From: Octopus sinensis
Taxonomy: Eukaryota
Direction: 5' to 3'
Assembly (NCBI RefSeq): GCF_006345805.1
Contig: NC_043006.1
Span: 25,730,001-25,794,000 of the forward strand
Length of the DNA stretch: 64,000 bases
Of the stretch, positions 50,053 to 64,000 are shown one piece after another. Position numbers and translations under genes: made by a program. Below the pieces are notes generated by a model. It did no database searches. It worked only from the letters and a program-made list of their open reading frames with translations, and was not told the origin of the DNA. Within the stretch, counting starts at the first letter, position 1. Each line of letters starts with the position of its first letter.

Positions 50053-51983
50053 TGCCAAAACAGCCTGTGGAGCTTGGTACAGTCCACCGGCTTGCCAACT
50101 CCTGTCAGGCTGTCCAATCTACCATGGAAAACAGTAAGTGATGATAATGATGATGATGGTACCTTATTTTGTGGCATGGAAAATGCCCTTTTTATGTAAA
50201 AAAAAAAAGAAAGAAATACCTTGAAAATTACCATGCATCTTCCATGATGCTTGCTGAGACATTGCTACTGTGGTTTTCTGAACTTAACACAATGGCTGGC
50301 ACCAGCCATAGTTGGGCTCCAGTAGCTGATAGATAGTCAGCAGTGGTGCATGTGGTACAATCATCAGTATATGTTTTATGAATAATCATAGAAGAGTTAA
50401 AGCAAAGAGCATAACATTGTGTACTACAATAACACTCGTCAAAATCACAAGGCAATGACTACCAGGTAGGAGGCCATTGTTCGGTGATTTTGCTCAATGA
50501 CAGCAGGCATGAGAACTCCACATGTTTGCCAGCCAAATTTGTCTGATAACAGACATTTTGCATATTGCTTGCCAGATACTGCCCGATTGTATTTGGGGTT
50601 TTGATAAGTATAAGAAATGTCTTCTTAGAATTACATTTCCAAAATCAGGATGCATCTTCCACAATACAGTGTCTACAATGCCACAGAATACATACATAAA
50701 CACACACGTCTGTGTGTATGAGATCATCATCATCATCATCATTAACATTGTCATCCTTTAACATCTGTTTGATACAATGGCATGGGTTGCACAGTTTGAC
50801 AAGATCCTGCAAGCTGCAGGACTGTGTCCAGCTTTGACAAGGTTTCTACAACTGAATACCCTTCCTAGCCCCAACCACTTTACAATATGTACTGGGGTCT
50901 TTTCTCATGTCACCTAGTGAGGTCAGTAAGTAACTTGCAAACAGGAAAAGGGAAAAATTCTCTTCAACTAAGTGTGAGTAGTATTTGAGATGGGAAGGTG
51001 GTTTTAAGCCAGGTGTGGAGAGGCTAAAGTATGATAGAGGGACAAATGCAGGTGCCTTGCTATAGAGAAGATACATGACTATATCACATTGTATAAAGGA
51101 GAGTGGAAGTAGCTGGGAAAATGATAAGATGGTAATAATGGAGTGATAGAATAAACCTTCAAAGCATAAGAAGGTGAGTATAAGACAGGATATGGACAAA
51201 GGATCAAGAGTAGGAAGGAGAAGTGGGAAGAAGGGGTGGGTAGCTTCATTAGAGTATAAGGAGAGAGTGACAGAGAGAGTTGGCAACAGAAGTGGATGTA
51301 GCAAGTAATGAACAAAGGTAGAGGTGTAATTAATAAGAAATACCAATAAGGAAAGGTGATAAGGTGAGAGAGATAGAAATGGTTCAGATAGAATAGATGA
51401 GGAAGGAGGGGAATGATCTGTAGGGTGTAGGAGCAGAGAGGAGGAAGATGTTAGTGACTTATTCACGAATATACCAACACTAGTGCTGCTGAGGGTAATA
51501 TTCTCTAGGAACACATAAAAGCCCTTTTCACAGTTAATTACTTTGAATTGTTATTATCTCATATCTGATTAGCCTGTTATTATGTAACATGTTTCACGAT
51601 TTTGGTATACATACCTTATTAGTATTTCTTCCTAAAATCTATATACTCTGAGAACATATTAAAGTCCTTTTCAGGGCTACTTTATTTGAATTCTTACTAT
51701 AGGGTAATTAATTTCATGTTATTACATAACTGACTTCACAATTTGGGTATTCATAACTTATTGGGAATTCCTAAAAACAAGATCCTGTGTAAGACAGTTT
51801 GGTATACTCAATAAATGCACAAACACCGTTTTAAGGGCTACATACTTTGTATGGTTGTTATTGGATTAGTGAAACAATTATGAGAACAGAACCAAGGGAT
51901 AAGCTACGCTTTCCCAGGAATTACTGGGTATGTCAGGTAGTATATATATATATATATATATAATATATATATATATATATTAT

Positions 51984-52035
<52 letters not shown>

Positions 52036-53132
52036 TATATATATGTATGTATGTGATGTATGTATGTATTAAAGAAAGCAAAAGAATTTTTAAATGATAA
52101 AAGCAAAAGGCTAAATGGATGTGTATGTGTAAAAGAATTCAGTACTCAGTATTTTGGCTACAATGGTTAAAGGTTAAAAGTTCAATTATTTATGATAGTG
52201 GCTTGGCTGAGGTCATACATTTACATACAATCATACACATAGTGCATTATTGTATGCATATGCATTTTTATTTTGTCGGGAATTGTATACATACACACAC
52301 TCGTGCACATGTATGTGTGTGTGTATAGTAGGAGAGGTGAGATAAAAGTTCTTGTCTCTTGTTTAGAAGAGAAAATCTCTTTGCAATGGCATTCATTCAG
52401 GTTTTGGACAAGCACAAACACACAGCCACGCACATACAGCCACACACACACATGCACAAACACACACACCCACACACAGGGCTATGGTAGGAGACATTTG
52501 GTTTCACACACTGGTGCTAAATCCAGAAACATATAGCTAAGGGACAAAGTTCCTGCCACACAGACAGGACTGTGTCTTACAACAGGAAAAAAAAAATTAT
52601 TGGTGGTGCCCCAGCATGGCCGCAGCCTTCAGGCTGGACATTTTTAAGGATTTTAAGGATTTAAGTATATAACCAGCTTCTGAAAAATTTTAATTAATAA
52701 TTATTATTAATTTGCATTTTATGTATATCTCTTTTAGCATAACAACATGCAACAAATAAAAAGTTTCTTTGGAATCTTGTTAAATTTCTTTCCGATTTTT
52801 GCCAGAATATTTTTAAAATGTGTAGTTTAAATTTATAGTTTAACAACACCCAACTCAATTTTGGTGAGAAATAATGTTTTTTCCTCATTTTTCTTTTTTC
52901 TTGTGCTATCAATCTATCTAATCTCCTAATATACTGCAAATGACAATTTTTCCACCAGAATCAGAGGTGGGGGTGGGCCTTCGGAATTCCCTCTTCACCT
53001 TGGAGTTGTTTTTTTTCCTCATTTTCTTTTTTGTGTGCTATCAACTAATCTCGGCTCCTAGTATAATGCAAAGGACTTTTTTCCCCTTTGCAGTGTATTA
53101 GGAGATGAGAATAGTGGCTGTTTTTTATGTCT

Positions 53133-53537
53133 AACTAGCAGTATCGCCCGGCGTTGCTCGGGTTTGTAAGGGAAATAACTATATAAGCATTTTTAGAGAG
53201 TTATAGCCAAATAATAGCAAAAAAATGCATTAAAAATGGAAAAAAAAATTATGGTAAATTTTTTTTAAATCGTTGACTCATCGTAGACATTTTTAGAGAG
53301 TTACTTCCCTTATATAATAGTGAAAAAAATGCATTAAAATGGAAAAAAATGATGGCATATTTTTTTTTTTAAATCATAGACTCATCGTAGACGCGCGCTA
53401 ATACCCAGAAGGGCTCGATATGAATCACGACTATAAGATACCCAGTTTTGGTTAAACTGCACCGCAAAATGTGGGAGTAGTTAGGAATCTAAATCGTAGG
53501 AGACAGGCACACAACTTCACTTTTATATATAAAGATA
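53133..53537 (+). mobile_element. Non-autonomous Helitron/Helentron-like element
   Basis: 5' ACTAG + CCCGGCGTTGCTCGGG hairpin, internal direct repeats, 3' AACTTCACTTTTATATATAAAGAT; resembles Lep1/DINE-type architecture. Confidence 0.55.
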
Positions 53538-53725
53538 ACTGGGGTTTTTTTCTGGCAAACTAAGCAACCACGTTGAGGACCTGCTACCTTTGAGTTTATT
53601 TAAAAGAGAGAGAAAAATGCTTTACACAACAAATTCCAATAAAATCGTAATCTACACCATCTGAGACATATATGTGGAAAACTTTTTAATTATCCATGTT
53701 TCAGAAAGTTACTACACACACATAC

Positions 53726-53780
<55 letters not shown>

Positions 53781-54499
53781 TATAAATATATACATATGTG
53801 TATGTGTATATATGCATATCATCATCATCATCATTTAATGTCCTTTATCCATGCTGGCATGAGTTGGATGGTTCGACAAAGGTCAACAAGCCAGGGGCTA
53901 TGTCTGGCACCCATCTGGTTTGGCATGTATTTTGTGGCTGGATGCTCTTCCTTAAGCCACCATTTCACAGTGTGGACTGAGTGCTTTTATGTGGTACTGC
54001 ACGGGAAAATGGCTTTAATGGCTGGATGTCCTTCCCAGCACCACCACTTTACAGTGTGGACTGAGTGCTTTTATGTAGCACTGCACAGTAGCATAGTTCC
54101 AACAGCTGGATTTTTATATTTTTATGATTCTACAGACCTTAGTGCAAGTTGACTGGGAACTTGGAGCCCACCGAAATTGTTCCCAATTGGGCCCCGCACC
54201 TCCTGAGGCTGGATCCAAATCAATAGATATGCTATTTGTATGGTCTCAGATTCTGTTCTTCACTTCATGAAATATGTAATACGACAATCTGATCATATTG
54301 TCCAAACAAAACGTTAACAATAATGAGGGCAAGCAAAATGGATTTGAAGAGGGTACATTTTCTGCAAAATCTTTGTGGTTTACTAAATTAACAATCTTAG
54401 AAATCTTTTGCTGTTGAATAGCTTTATATCAGTTGATATACAGTTAGAAGATCTAAAGGAAGATAAGAATTTGTTCAAAGATATTTACTTGCTATATAA

Positions 54500-54832
54500 A
54501 GGGTAAAACCCCCTTCGGTCATGAATGACCATGGGATTGCACCTAGAAAGTTACCCTTCTAGACACAAGTCCGGGCAAGGTTGTTTATGGAAGACCAGCA
54601 GTCGCCCATGCATACCAGCCTCCCCTCTCCACACCACCAGTGTTATCCAAGGGAAAGACAAAGGTCGATACAGCTTGGCACCAGTGACGTCGCAACTCAT
54701 TTCTACAGCTGAGTGAACTGGAGCAACGTGAAATAAAGTGTCTTGCTCAAGAACACAACACGCAGCCCAGTCCGGGATTCGAGCTCACAACCTCACGATC
54801 GTAAGCTCGATGCTCTAACCACTGAGCCATGT
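54500..54832 (-). mobile_element. tRNA-derived SINE with CORE/Meta-like domain (third family)
   Basis: Minus strand TGGCTCAGTGGTTAGAGC (A box), GAGCTCGAATCCC (B box), TGTGTTCTTGAGCAAGACACTT. Confidence 0.75.
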
Positions 54833-55981
54833 AGTAAAAACCAGTGGTTTTAAAACAAGACCTATCAATGACTCAAAAACTATCTTACTCTTGATAACTC
54901 TATTTAGTTGCTCAGTAAAGATTTCTTGTTCTTTAGTCTAGGTCAGCCTTGCTAGGACAGACTTATGATCAAAAGCATTCTAGTCATGACTATCCTATGT
55001 TTTTACAGGCAAAATGTATCTAAACCTATATTTTTTTAGTGTTTCCTTCTTTTCCCTAAGTAGTGTAATGTAATTTACAGTTGGTCAACTGTTTGTGAAA
55101 GTGATATCTTCCTCAGGAAAGGAGGAGGATTGTCTACCACAAATACCATCTATTTACACATAATATTTCATTTCCTATTTTCTGGTTATTGTGAAGTGTG
55201 GGACATTCTAAAATTCTATTATTTCATTGCAGTATTAATGCAATTCAATAACATAATTTCTTTGAGTGGTTCCTGAAATATTGGAATATAAGATAAAACA
55301 TAGGTATGTCAATTGTCAAGAATAGAGTAGATACAAATGGGATTATTTAATGTTCTAAATTCTTGGCTCTCATTGGCTAATATAGAGATATACTATTTGA
55401 TACAGGAAGGTTGGATTTGTTTTTCACTTGAGAACAATGTTAATTTTTTTTTATATTTTGGCTATAAAATATAACTTTCCTAAAATACCACTTAACATAG
55501 CAAAACGGAAATAGTCAGTGCTAAGAAAGTCTCAAGAGAGCTGAACAGACGAGGGTCTTCAGAGAAGAAACCCCTTTAGGCAAGTGTTTCAGCCCTTACA
55601 TCTTACACTCTAAGGAGGCCAAGTCACATTCATGGTGCCCTTCTGCACTGAGGAGTTTTTTCATTAGATTTGTAAGCAGATTTGCCCACAAAACCTCTGA
55701 CTCCAATCTTGACCCAAAAGTTGGCTTCCTTCAGGTTGGCATATTTTCCAGTCCTGAATATATGTGCTTCTTCTATTCCACTTTCTCTGTTTATAAACCT
55801 GCTTTAGGATAAGTATGTCACATCTTTTTATGTCATATGGGACAAGTAAACGATGTGGCAACTGACGGGCATCTGCCTCAGAAAAACTGTCCAGCCCATG
55901 CCAGCATGGAAAACCAGATTTTAAATGCTTATGCTGCTATAGAAGATGATGTATTGTCATATAATTAAGTAAATCCTTTAA

Positions 55982-56200
55982 CCCTTTAGCATTCACACCG
56001 ACCAGATCCGGACAAAATATTTGCCTCACTTATGTTCAAACTGGCCAGATCCAACATTTCATACCTACCTTACAATGTTATTCTAAAGATAAACAATTAC
56101 ATCTTTGAAATCTCAACGGTATGAGATAATATATGATTAATTCAAATCAATGTGAGTAAATAAGCATTAGATTTGACCAAATAATCTGAATACTAAAAGG
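55982..56200. mobile_element. piggyBac-type MITE
   Basis: TTAA|CCCTTTAGCATTCA ... TGAATACTAAAAGG|TTAA. Confidence 0.75.
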
Positions 56201-57060
56201 TTAATGAAACATTACAGATAGTTGTAATCAATGAAATCTACCAAGTACTTCTAGTAAAACTACTTTATAGCTCATATTATTGTAAGTCAAAGAAAATCAA
56301 CTAACAAAATCTTTAGGGAGTCTACTTCCAAAATACTATCGATTCAGGTTTTATCACCCTGTGCATGTAAGCAAAAGTGGGGTATTGCAGTTGTCTATCT
56401 TTGTTTGTGTTTTCAAAATTACTGGAAAACATCTGAGCAGATTTTCACCAAATTTGGCAGAAATACTCATTGGGTGAATGGCTCGAACTCTCAAAACTGG
56501 CAGATGGGTGAATCAAAACGTTTTTCTTTTCTTTGTTTACATATGCATAAACAAGAAGCAGGGCAAATAACTATTGATGTCATTTTGAAATATGAATTTG
56601 TCTGAGAATATATCTATTAAATTAAATTTCATTTTATCTTTGTGTGTGTGCAGGGTATGCATTGCCCCTCCAATGCCTTTTTTTTCTCATTTATATCGTA
56701 TTGTGTTCATGTCTGAACCATTTTGCTCAGCCTACCTAACTGTACTACTAAGATTCAGCTCTCCACTTTAAGTAGTGGATCACTGCATAACTACTTGTAC
56801 CATTAGCTTGCATCATGATTTCATTTTGACTTATGATACTGCAGCTACTATTCTTGTGTTACACCTCAATAATAGATTTACCGTTAAATCGGTGTCTTAG
56901 TTTGGATTCGAACTGCATATAACAATCAGAATGTAGCCATCATGTAAAACCAATCAAACATCAACTAGCAAGCATATGTTACTGTGAGGGATTCTGCAAC
57001 AATGATAATATATTTTAGAGTTTATGAAGCAAATTAAGTTACTACATGGATTAATTTCTA

Positions 57061-57446
57061 ATATGTGTAAAAAGTCTGGCTGAATACCCGTTATCATATG
57101 TCAGGTGCATACAATTGACAACACAGTTAATTAAGATTTATTCAGTGAGTTCTATTCAACACATGTTTACACGTGGAATTAGCAGAATCATTATTAACTT
57201 TAGATGGCTCGCAGGCAAGGTGGACAAATTAATGAGAGAGATAAACATGAATTGCACAAAGCCGTCTTGCAGTCTTGAGAAGAGCTATCTGAGTGGAAAA
57301 TTTGTGGATGTATTCAACATCAAACTTGTGTTCGGCGTCAAATAGTTGACTGTCGTGGTGGTAACAGATTTGTGTAATAAATTTTGTGTTTATTTTTGTT
57401 TCATAATATATATTTTTTCAGATGCAGCCAGACTTTTCACACAGAG
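57061..57446 (+). mobile_element. Tc1-derived MITE retaining the transposase C-terminus
   Basis: TA-flanked TIRs (TGTGTAAAAAGTCTGGCTG / CAGCCAGACTTTTCACACA); ELHKAVLQS*EEL..IVDCRGGNRFV. Confidence 0.7.
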
Positions 57447-57499
57447 TATATTTTTATGAAAATTAAAATTTATGTTTAATCTAATAAATCCTTTATACT

Positions 57500-58080
57500 G
57501 TTTTTAGTTATTTTTTCATTGGTTGGCTCCGGAGGAAGGAGTTGGGTCTGTGGTCTTCACAAGCTGTTCTGAGATTAATGAGATCAATACTGTTAACATT
57601 CCTCCTGAATAGTTTACAAGTCAATGGCTTTTGGAAAGACGTGTCGGCAAGGAAATTCCAATGTTCAAAGTGAAAGGACTAGGTATAGTGGTTAGTAAAG
57701 CAGCTGAGGCGTATATAGCATATAGGTAGAAAGAAGGCGAGACAGAAAAGCCAGAATGCCTGAGTATAGATGTTATGAGACCAGCCAGATCTCATGAGCA
57801 GAAGTTATAGTAGTGGAGTTAGAAAAGGCAGAGACAGAGGAGATAAGACATCTGTGGGCCAGAGGTGGGAATGTACTTCATGCCAATTTGTTAAGTGGCC
57901 TTTCAGTGGATGTAAAATGAGGCGTTTGTGTATGTGTCAGCAGCACCATCACAAATATGGGAGCAGTATTGCATTGCATGCTCCATCTGACCTATCTAAA
58001 GTTACTAGTTCTTAGGAGTTGAAATATTTTCTGACTTTTGTGATAGAGTTTTGGCTATGTTGAGGATTGTAGTTGTGTAC
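57500..58080 (-). mobile_element. Degenerate CR1/L2-group LINE 3' region
   Basis: MQYCSHICDGA-like motif and downstream C-terminal pattern. Confidence 0.45.
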
Positions 58081-58089
58081 TGTTTGTGT

Positions 58090-58214
58090 TGAGGGTGGTG
58101 TGTGATAGTTTTCATATTTGTTCTGTTGAAAGAAACAAGATGGGTATAGCCTTCTGGAGGATGTTTCCCATCTCTCTGATCAAAGATTCAGTGCAAGTGT
58201 GTGTGCGTGTCTGT

Positions 58215-58245
<31 letters not shown>

Positions 58246-58810
58246 CCCCCATGGGGATGTCAAAAGAATTGTTGGTGTCTTTACAGGCCAAAAATTTCCC
58301 AGCAAATTTTATATTCCGATGGCCAAAATGATATCAATATCATCATGAGAAAGGTTAGAGTAGCTCATGGCAAAAATGAGGGCTTTGTTGAGAAGGATAG
58401 GGGATGTGCTAGAGTAATATTAGTCTATGTCAACCTGGATAGAATTAAATGTATGTTAGGGCTTAGGGAATTAAGCTACTGGATGGCCTCTGTAGTTTTA
58501 GTTCATAGATATAGTGTGGATGTAGCATACATTGGGAGTATAACCCTGCCTAATATAATTTTGCTAATATAATTTTGCTATATCCGAACTGGAAGAGCAG
58601 ATGAGGTGAAGGGAAGGGTTCTCAGCAAAATTTTCTTTATTGTCTTTTAAGTTAATATGGGGTGGGCAAGGTAAGGAAGGATCTATCCTATCTTCTAATC
58701 CAAGTTTAAAAACAAGATAATAATTCTTGATGTTGATGTCTTCAAGAGCAGAGACCAATACAATACGGTAGTCTTTATCCACTTGTTTGAGTATCAGCTC
58801 ATGGTATTTA
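58090..58810 (-). mobile_element. Degenerate PLE reverse transcriptase fragment
   Basis: HINLKDNKENFAENPSLHLI; IQVDID; LLNKALIFA..DDIDIIL; FDIPMG. Confidence 0.65.
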
Positions 58811-58817
58811 TGAAGAG

Positions 58818-58889
58818 CAGTGGTTCCCAACCTGGAAACCCCTGGTGGTCCACAAAGGTAGTACTGGGGGTCCGTGAACTAAATTCAAA

Positions 58890-58931
<42 letters not shown>

Positions 58932-59000
58932 CATAAGTATAAGCATATTAAAAGGGGTCTGTGAGAAAACTAATTTAAATAAAAGGGTTGGGAACTACTG
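58818..59000. mobile_element. hAT-Charlie-type MITE
   Basis: TIRs CAGTGGTTCCCAACC / GGTTGGGAACTACTG; flanks ATGAAGAG / ATCTAGAG (NTCTAGAN-like TSD). Confidence 0.8.
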
Positions 59001-59084
59001 ATCTAGAGGAACATTATAAAGGTTGTCAGTCTTGTTGGTATGGACAAGGATTCCAGAATAATTTTGAAGTTTCTTGATATTTTC

Positions 59085-59304
59085 AATTTTACTTACTCTT
59101 TTACTCTTTTACTTGTTTCAGTCATTTGACTGCAGCCATGCTGGAGCACCGCCTTTAGTCGAGCAAATCGACCCCAGGACTTATTCTTTGTAAGCCCAGT
59201 ACTTATTCTATTGGTCTCTTTTGCCGAATCGCTAAGTGACGGGGACGTAAACACACCAGCATCGGTTGTCAAACAATGCTAGGGGGACAAACACAGACAC
59301 ACAA

Positions 59305-59363
<59 letters not shown>

Positions 59364-59525
59364 TACGACAGGCTTCTTTCAGTTTCCGTCTACCAAATCC
59401 ACTCACAAGGCATTGGTCGGCCCGGGGCTATAGCAGAAGACACTTGCCCAAGATACCACGCAGTGGGACTGAACCCGGAACCATGTGGTTGGTTAGCAAG
59501 CTACTTACCACACAGCCACTCCTGC
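59085..59525 (-). mobile_element. Full-length SINE (7092 family)
   Basis: Reverse complement of 7092-7561. Confidence 0.88.
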
Positions 59526-60284
59526 ACCTCCTTGTTGACACAAATTATGCAATTCATTCTCTAAGTACAAATAACACCAATCCCCCACCCCACCCCTTGC
59601 ATCATCCCTCAACTATCTCCCCTGTCCCCAACTGATATCCTTCTATGTATATCTTTACAACAAACAACTTTTAACTACTGTTATATTTTCTAAACTTGTC
59701 ATTATTTTATATTTTTTTATATTTCCCACTGCTGTTTTCCTTATCCTTCATACTTTAAGTTTTCATAACTTTTCTATCTCCACACATTCCATCTGCACAT
59801 GATAATATACAAATACCCATGCATGCACACACATCTACTAGGTTCTACAGATGCACAACACATATGCGTGTGAGTGTGTATTAGCACTCACATAATCTCA
59901 GATTTAAGCTACTACTACTATCTCTCACTTCACTTACTATCCCTAGATTTTAAAATTAATTTACTATCAATTTAACTGGTGAAACTAAGTCAACTGTTTT
60001 GACCAAAAATACATTATCTTCCACTTACCCCTCCTTCACTCCTTCCACCCTATCCACTTCAAATACCACTCCTATATTTTCATCCTTTGACTGTTTAAAT
60101 GGTTTTGTAAAATGCTACAATATGTTTACTTATCTATCTAACAACAGATCTGCAAATGACCCCCTGCCTAAATTTCATAAAGGCATCTTCCCAGCCATTT
60201 TCAGTCCCAAACCTTTTCCCCCCCACCTGCCCCTCTTTACTCATATTCTTCTCAGTTACAAATTTACCCACTTCCATATATCAT

Positions 60285-60790
60285 CATCATTAATGTCCAC
60301 TTTTCATGCTAGCATGGGTTGGACGATTTGACTAAGGATCGGCAAACCAGATGGCTGCACCAGGCTCCAATCTTGATCTGCCAACTACTGAGAGTGTAGT
60401 GGGTGCTTTTATGTGCCACCGGCATGGGGGCCAGTCAGGTGGTACTGGCAACGACCTCACTCGAATGTTTTTTCACGTGCCACTGGCACAAGTGCCAGTA
60501 AGACAGTGCTGGTAACGATTATGCTCGAATGGTGCCTTTTATGTACCACTGGCATGGAAGCCAGTTAGCCGCTCTGGCAATGATCACGCTCGGATGGTGC
60601 TCTTAGCACTCCACTAGTATGGGGCACAAGTGCCAGTAAGGCGATGCTGGTAATGATCATGCTCAAATGGTGCCTTTTACTTGCCTCCAGCATGGAAGCC
60701 AGTTAGCCGCACTGTCAACGATCATGCTCGGATGGTGCTCTTTGCGCCCCCCCCCCCCAGCACGGATGTCAGTCATCGAATTTGATTTCG
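60285..60790 (-). repeat. RTE-tail repeat with an array of ~60-bp units
   Basis: Family tail at 60290-60380, followed by alternating units GGTGC(C/T)...TGG(C/T)AA(C/T)GAT..GCTC(G/A)(A/G)AT. Confidence 0.7.
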
Positions 60791-61749
60791 ATTTGCTTTT
60801 ATTTTTACTTCTTCATAACTATGCTTTCCTCTCAAACTGTACTTCCTACACATTTCGATTGAATCCCCAACAAGTTTACATGGGATCTAATGACAATGTG
60901 AACTTCCTATAATCAAAGTATCCTTGGCCTGAAGTGTAGCTTGTTTGGATAATTTACTACTTTTGAGGTTCCACTGGCTATGAAACATATGTAGCCTGGA
61001 TTTTATCCATTACATTCCCTAAATTTTGAATGTTTATTTGCATATTCAATGACCTCTGTTGCTAACTGTGAACTATAAAATTAACCTTTTTCAGCTTATC
61101 GTACTTTGATACACGAAAAATTCAGAACCTTCAGCACCAATAAACAACTATTGTTCCTGAAAGTTGTTTTTAATATCTTCTATGGATTGCTTGAAGTTCA
61201 CTAACTTCTTCCACTTTGACCCTTGGATCGTACCTTTACACACAAACACACACATTAGTTTACAATTACATTAAGGTAAGATCAACAAAAAAGTACTCCA
61301 TTCAGTGAGAGGTAAATATCAGTTAATGCACACTGTATTAAAATATGAACTACTAATAGTTTCTTGACATTAACACATGGTTAGGCATATTTATATAATG
61401 TGCCTTATGTCTCCAAGCAATCTCCAGGCTCTGAGCACATGGTTTGTTCTATTTAAAAATCAAGACACTGGTACATTAAAAACACATGAGAAACAAGTAA
61501 AAGAAGTTTGATGCAAAATGTGAAATGAAAAAAGAAAGGGTGAATAAAAATGAAAAATAAAGGAAAAGAAAAAAATTAGAGTTACATCCCCTTAGATCAT
61601 AGACGTCATAATTAAACTAGTTGCTGAAGATAATTCAACAGGGACAGTCCAAAGTCTGTGAGACAGCTGCTCAAACTAGAAAGGGTGGTGTCCTGCAGTT
61701 CACCAAAAGAAATTTTCCCACAGCTTGCATTTGCTGGAAATTTCAGATC

Positions 61750-62160
61750 TGGAATTAAGTAGTGTGGGAAACCTGGACATTATCAAAGAAGCTTGAGAGG
61801 TGGTTGGGTGGAACCTACACTCGCCTCATTATGAGAGCTCAAAATCTCTCATGGAAGCATCATCCAACCAAAATGCAAATATATGGGAAACTACCACCTG
61901 TGTCATCTCTTGTGAAAGGTAGGAGAGTCCAGTTTGCTGGACATTGTTATAGAGCTGAAAACGAGGCAATTTCTACTCTTCTCCTCTGGAAGCCATCTAC
62001 TCGCGATACCAGAGGGCTCACACTTTCCTACCTTGATATAATCTCCAGGGATACAGGCATCCAGGTATAGGATCTCCGTAATGCCATGAGGGATCGTGAA
62101 GTCTGGCGTAGCATGGTAAATTCCATTGTTTCGACCACAGTCGAACAATGATGATGATGA
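61750..62160 (+). mobile_element. RTE-group LINE 3' end with (GAT)n tail
   Basis: ETWTLSKKLERWLGGTYTRL..RRVQFAGHCYR; (GAT)n tail. Confidence 0.75.
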
Positions 62161-62164
62161 GTGT

Positions 62165-62500
62165 GGGAAAATTCTTAGACCTAAAGAGAATATGAGATCT
62201 TTCAGCAACGTATAAGTTGCATTTTTTAGATCCATTTACATATAACATAAATTTCTCCCCAATTCTCCACTTGATTGCATGTAGTGAGCAGTTGGTTTTC
62301 AAACCTCATATGTGGTTAGCCAACATAAAGGTTTTTCTTTTGTTTATGAACCAAAAAGAAGACTGGTGGTTTGCATAATGTGTATTGAAATTGCCTTTGC
62401 ATAAACTGATGTAAGTTTTCTTTCTAGTTACATAATCTTGAAGTGTTGCTATGACTTCTGCTTCAAAGATGACCAAGTTTATCATACACACCTGATCAAA
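62165..62500 (-). mobile_element. Degenerate PLE GIY-YIG fragment
   Basis: KTYISLCKGNFNTHYANHQSSF..LANHI; IKWRI..YVNGSKKCNL. Confidence 0.65.
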
Positions 62501-64000
62501 TGGGTAAGGTTCAAGGTCTCAACAGTTACAACTGGGAGTGGGCTCTTGGTGAGGCCTACAAGTGATAATATTCCACATATTAGAGCAGTAGCTGTGTATC
62601 TTAATTGGGCATCTTTTAAAAATCTTCCTTTATCTATGGTTTCTTGGGAAATACTTATCTAAAAGAACCAGAAATTTCTTACTTAGACTAGTTTCAACAT
62701 GTAGGGTCACACAGACGTGCCATACTGAGTGACAGACATGTAATTGTATCTATAAACAATGCACACACACACAACACACACACACACACACACACTCACA
62801 CTCTCTCTCAAACGCACACCGAAAATTCTCTAAACTTCTTATTCTCAACCCCATGTATCTCAGTATTACATACACTTAATCACCAAATTTGAAAATTTTT
62901 CCATTCATTCCGATCCAGCAAATTAACTGATTCTGATGATATCTGCTCCATTACTCTAAAACTGGATTCCAGATCTCACCAGAAACACCAATCATTCTCT
63001 GAAGACAAGTAACAGTGTGTCCCATTGTCATGAAGGGCAAGTTTTCTGGCTTAGTCAGTGTACCATCCTCACTCAAAGGTGACTGACACATTATAAACAA
63101 ATAGCTCTTTCATTAACATGTGTAAGGTTTCTTTGGAGCCTGATCTACAGAAGATTTGCTCTTGTACACCCTCTATTAGACATCCATGAGTCAAATCAAG
63201 ACAACTCTAAGCAGTTACTTAATCTGCTAGAACTAGCAGTCAAATACCTTTCAAGTTTAAGACTGTCTTAAGAAAGGGCACACTGAACAATGCAGACCTT
63301 GATATACAGAAAGATGGAGTGGTCATGGTTGGAATATATAGAGCTGCTCACTCGGAGATGATTAGTGGTTAAAAAAAAGACAAAATGTGGTTACATTTTA
63401 TTTTTTCCAGGTCACATTCTAACAGCTCTGATGGAACCCATGGCTTAATTAAGTCTTATACACTCTTTTTCTTATATTCAACTAAGCACAAACACACTTC
63501 TATGCCAACCATACCTCACTTCATTCTTCTACCTTCTTACCTTCTAGACATCAATCACATGCAACATTACAATGACTGGCAGAGTAGTAAACTCAATAAC
63601 TACTACAAAGGCAACAAAAGATGCATTTTAGAAATGACTTCTGATACAGTTCAATGCTGAAAAGTTAAGATGCAAATATATGGCACATGAAAATATTTCA
63701 AACTATGTGTGAAGGTATTGTATACAAAGTTACTTTTGATAGTGAATACAGTTGGGTATTTAGCAAACAGGTTCAAGTTCCCTGCAGTTCTCTTTCCAGT
63801 TTTCTTGAGAATTTTTAAATGGTGATATTATCAAAGTAAACTTTGTAGAATCTAAAGATTATAGTTTTCCTCTAATTGTTAGTTACATGGTTTTTTTCTC
63901 AGGCTCCTTTTTACAGGATACAAATTGTTAAGTCTGAGATCAGTAAGACAACACCCTATTACATGAGAAATACAAACAGTGAGTGATATAAAGAGCAATA

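Noticed and set aside
50846-51514. 222-aa minus-strand ORF
   Set aside because: Low-complexity S/L/P/F translation of a purine-rich repeat strand; no domain.
54760-54832. tRNA gene
   Set aside because: tRNA-like A/B boxes continue directly into a SINE body; it is a SINE head.
3419-62500. Selenocysteine-type PLEs (in-frame TGA at Cys positions)
   Set aside because: The Cys codons inspected in the EN/linker regions (3419, 12400, 31400, 33553, 40640, 62200) are TGT/TGC; no support.

Overview
Eukaryotic, AT-rich, repeat-dominated DNA. The SINE families, RTE 3' tails and dense (TA)n/(CA)n microsatellites suggest an octopus (cephalopod) genome; this is an inference from family recognition. No complete host gene can be supported, only two candidate promoter/first-exon sites and one candidate internal exon. 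The window is a stack of nested mobile elements: a full-length Mag-like Gypsy LTR retrotransposon (near-identical LTRs, 5-bp TSD), about nine Penelope-like element (PLE) pieces, RTE and CR1 LINEs, mariner/Tc1/piggyBac/hAT derivatives, a Helitron-like element and several SINE families. The main signal is eleven minimal type-I hammerhead ribozyme motifs, most of them degenerate, in PLE pseudo-LTR-like ends. They show three Watson-Crick versions of the catalytic 3-8 pair (C-G, U-A, G-C). Most lie within about 200 bp of a (TA)n tract, and three times two different families face each other across one tract. PLE hammerheads are established biology; these particular families, variants and arrangement may be undescribed. 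Many frameshifts in young elements look like 1-nt homopolymer deletions and may be assembly errors.
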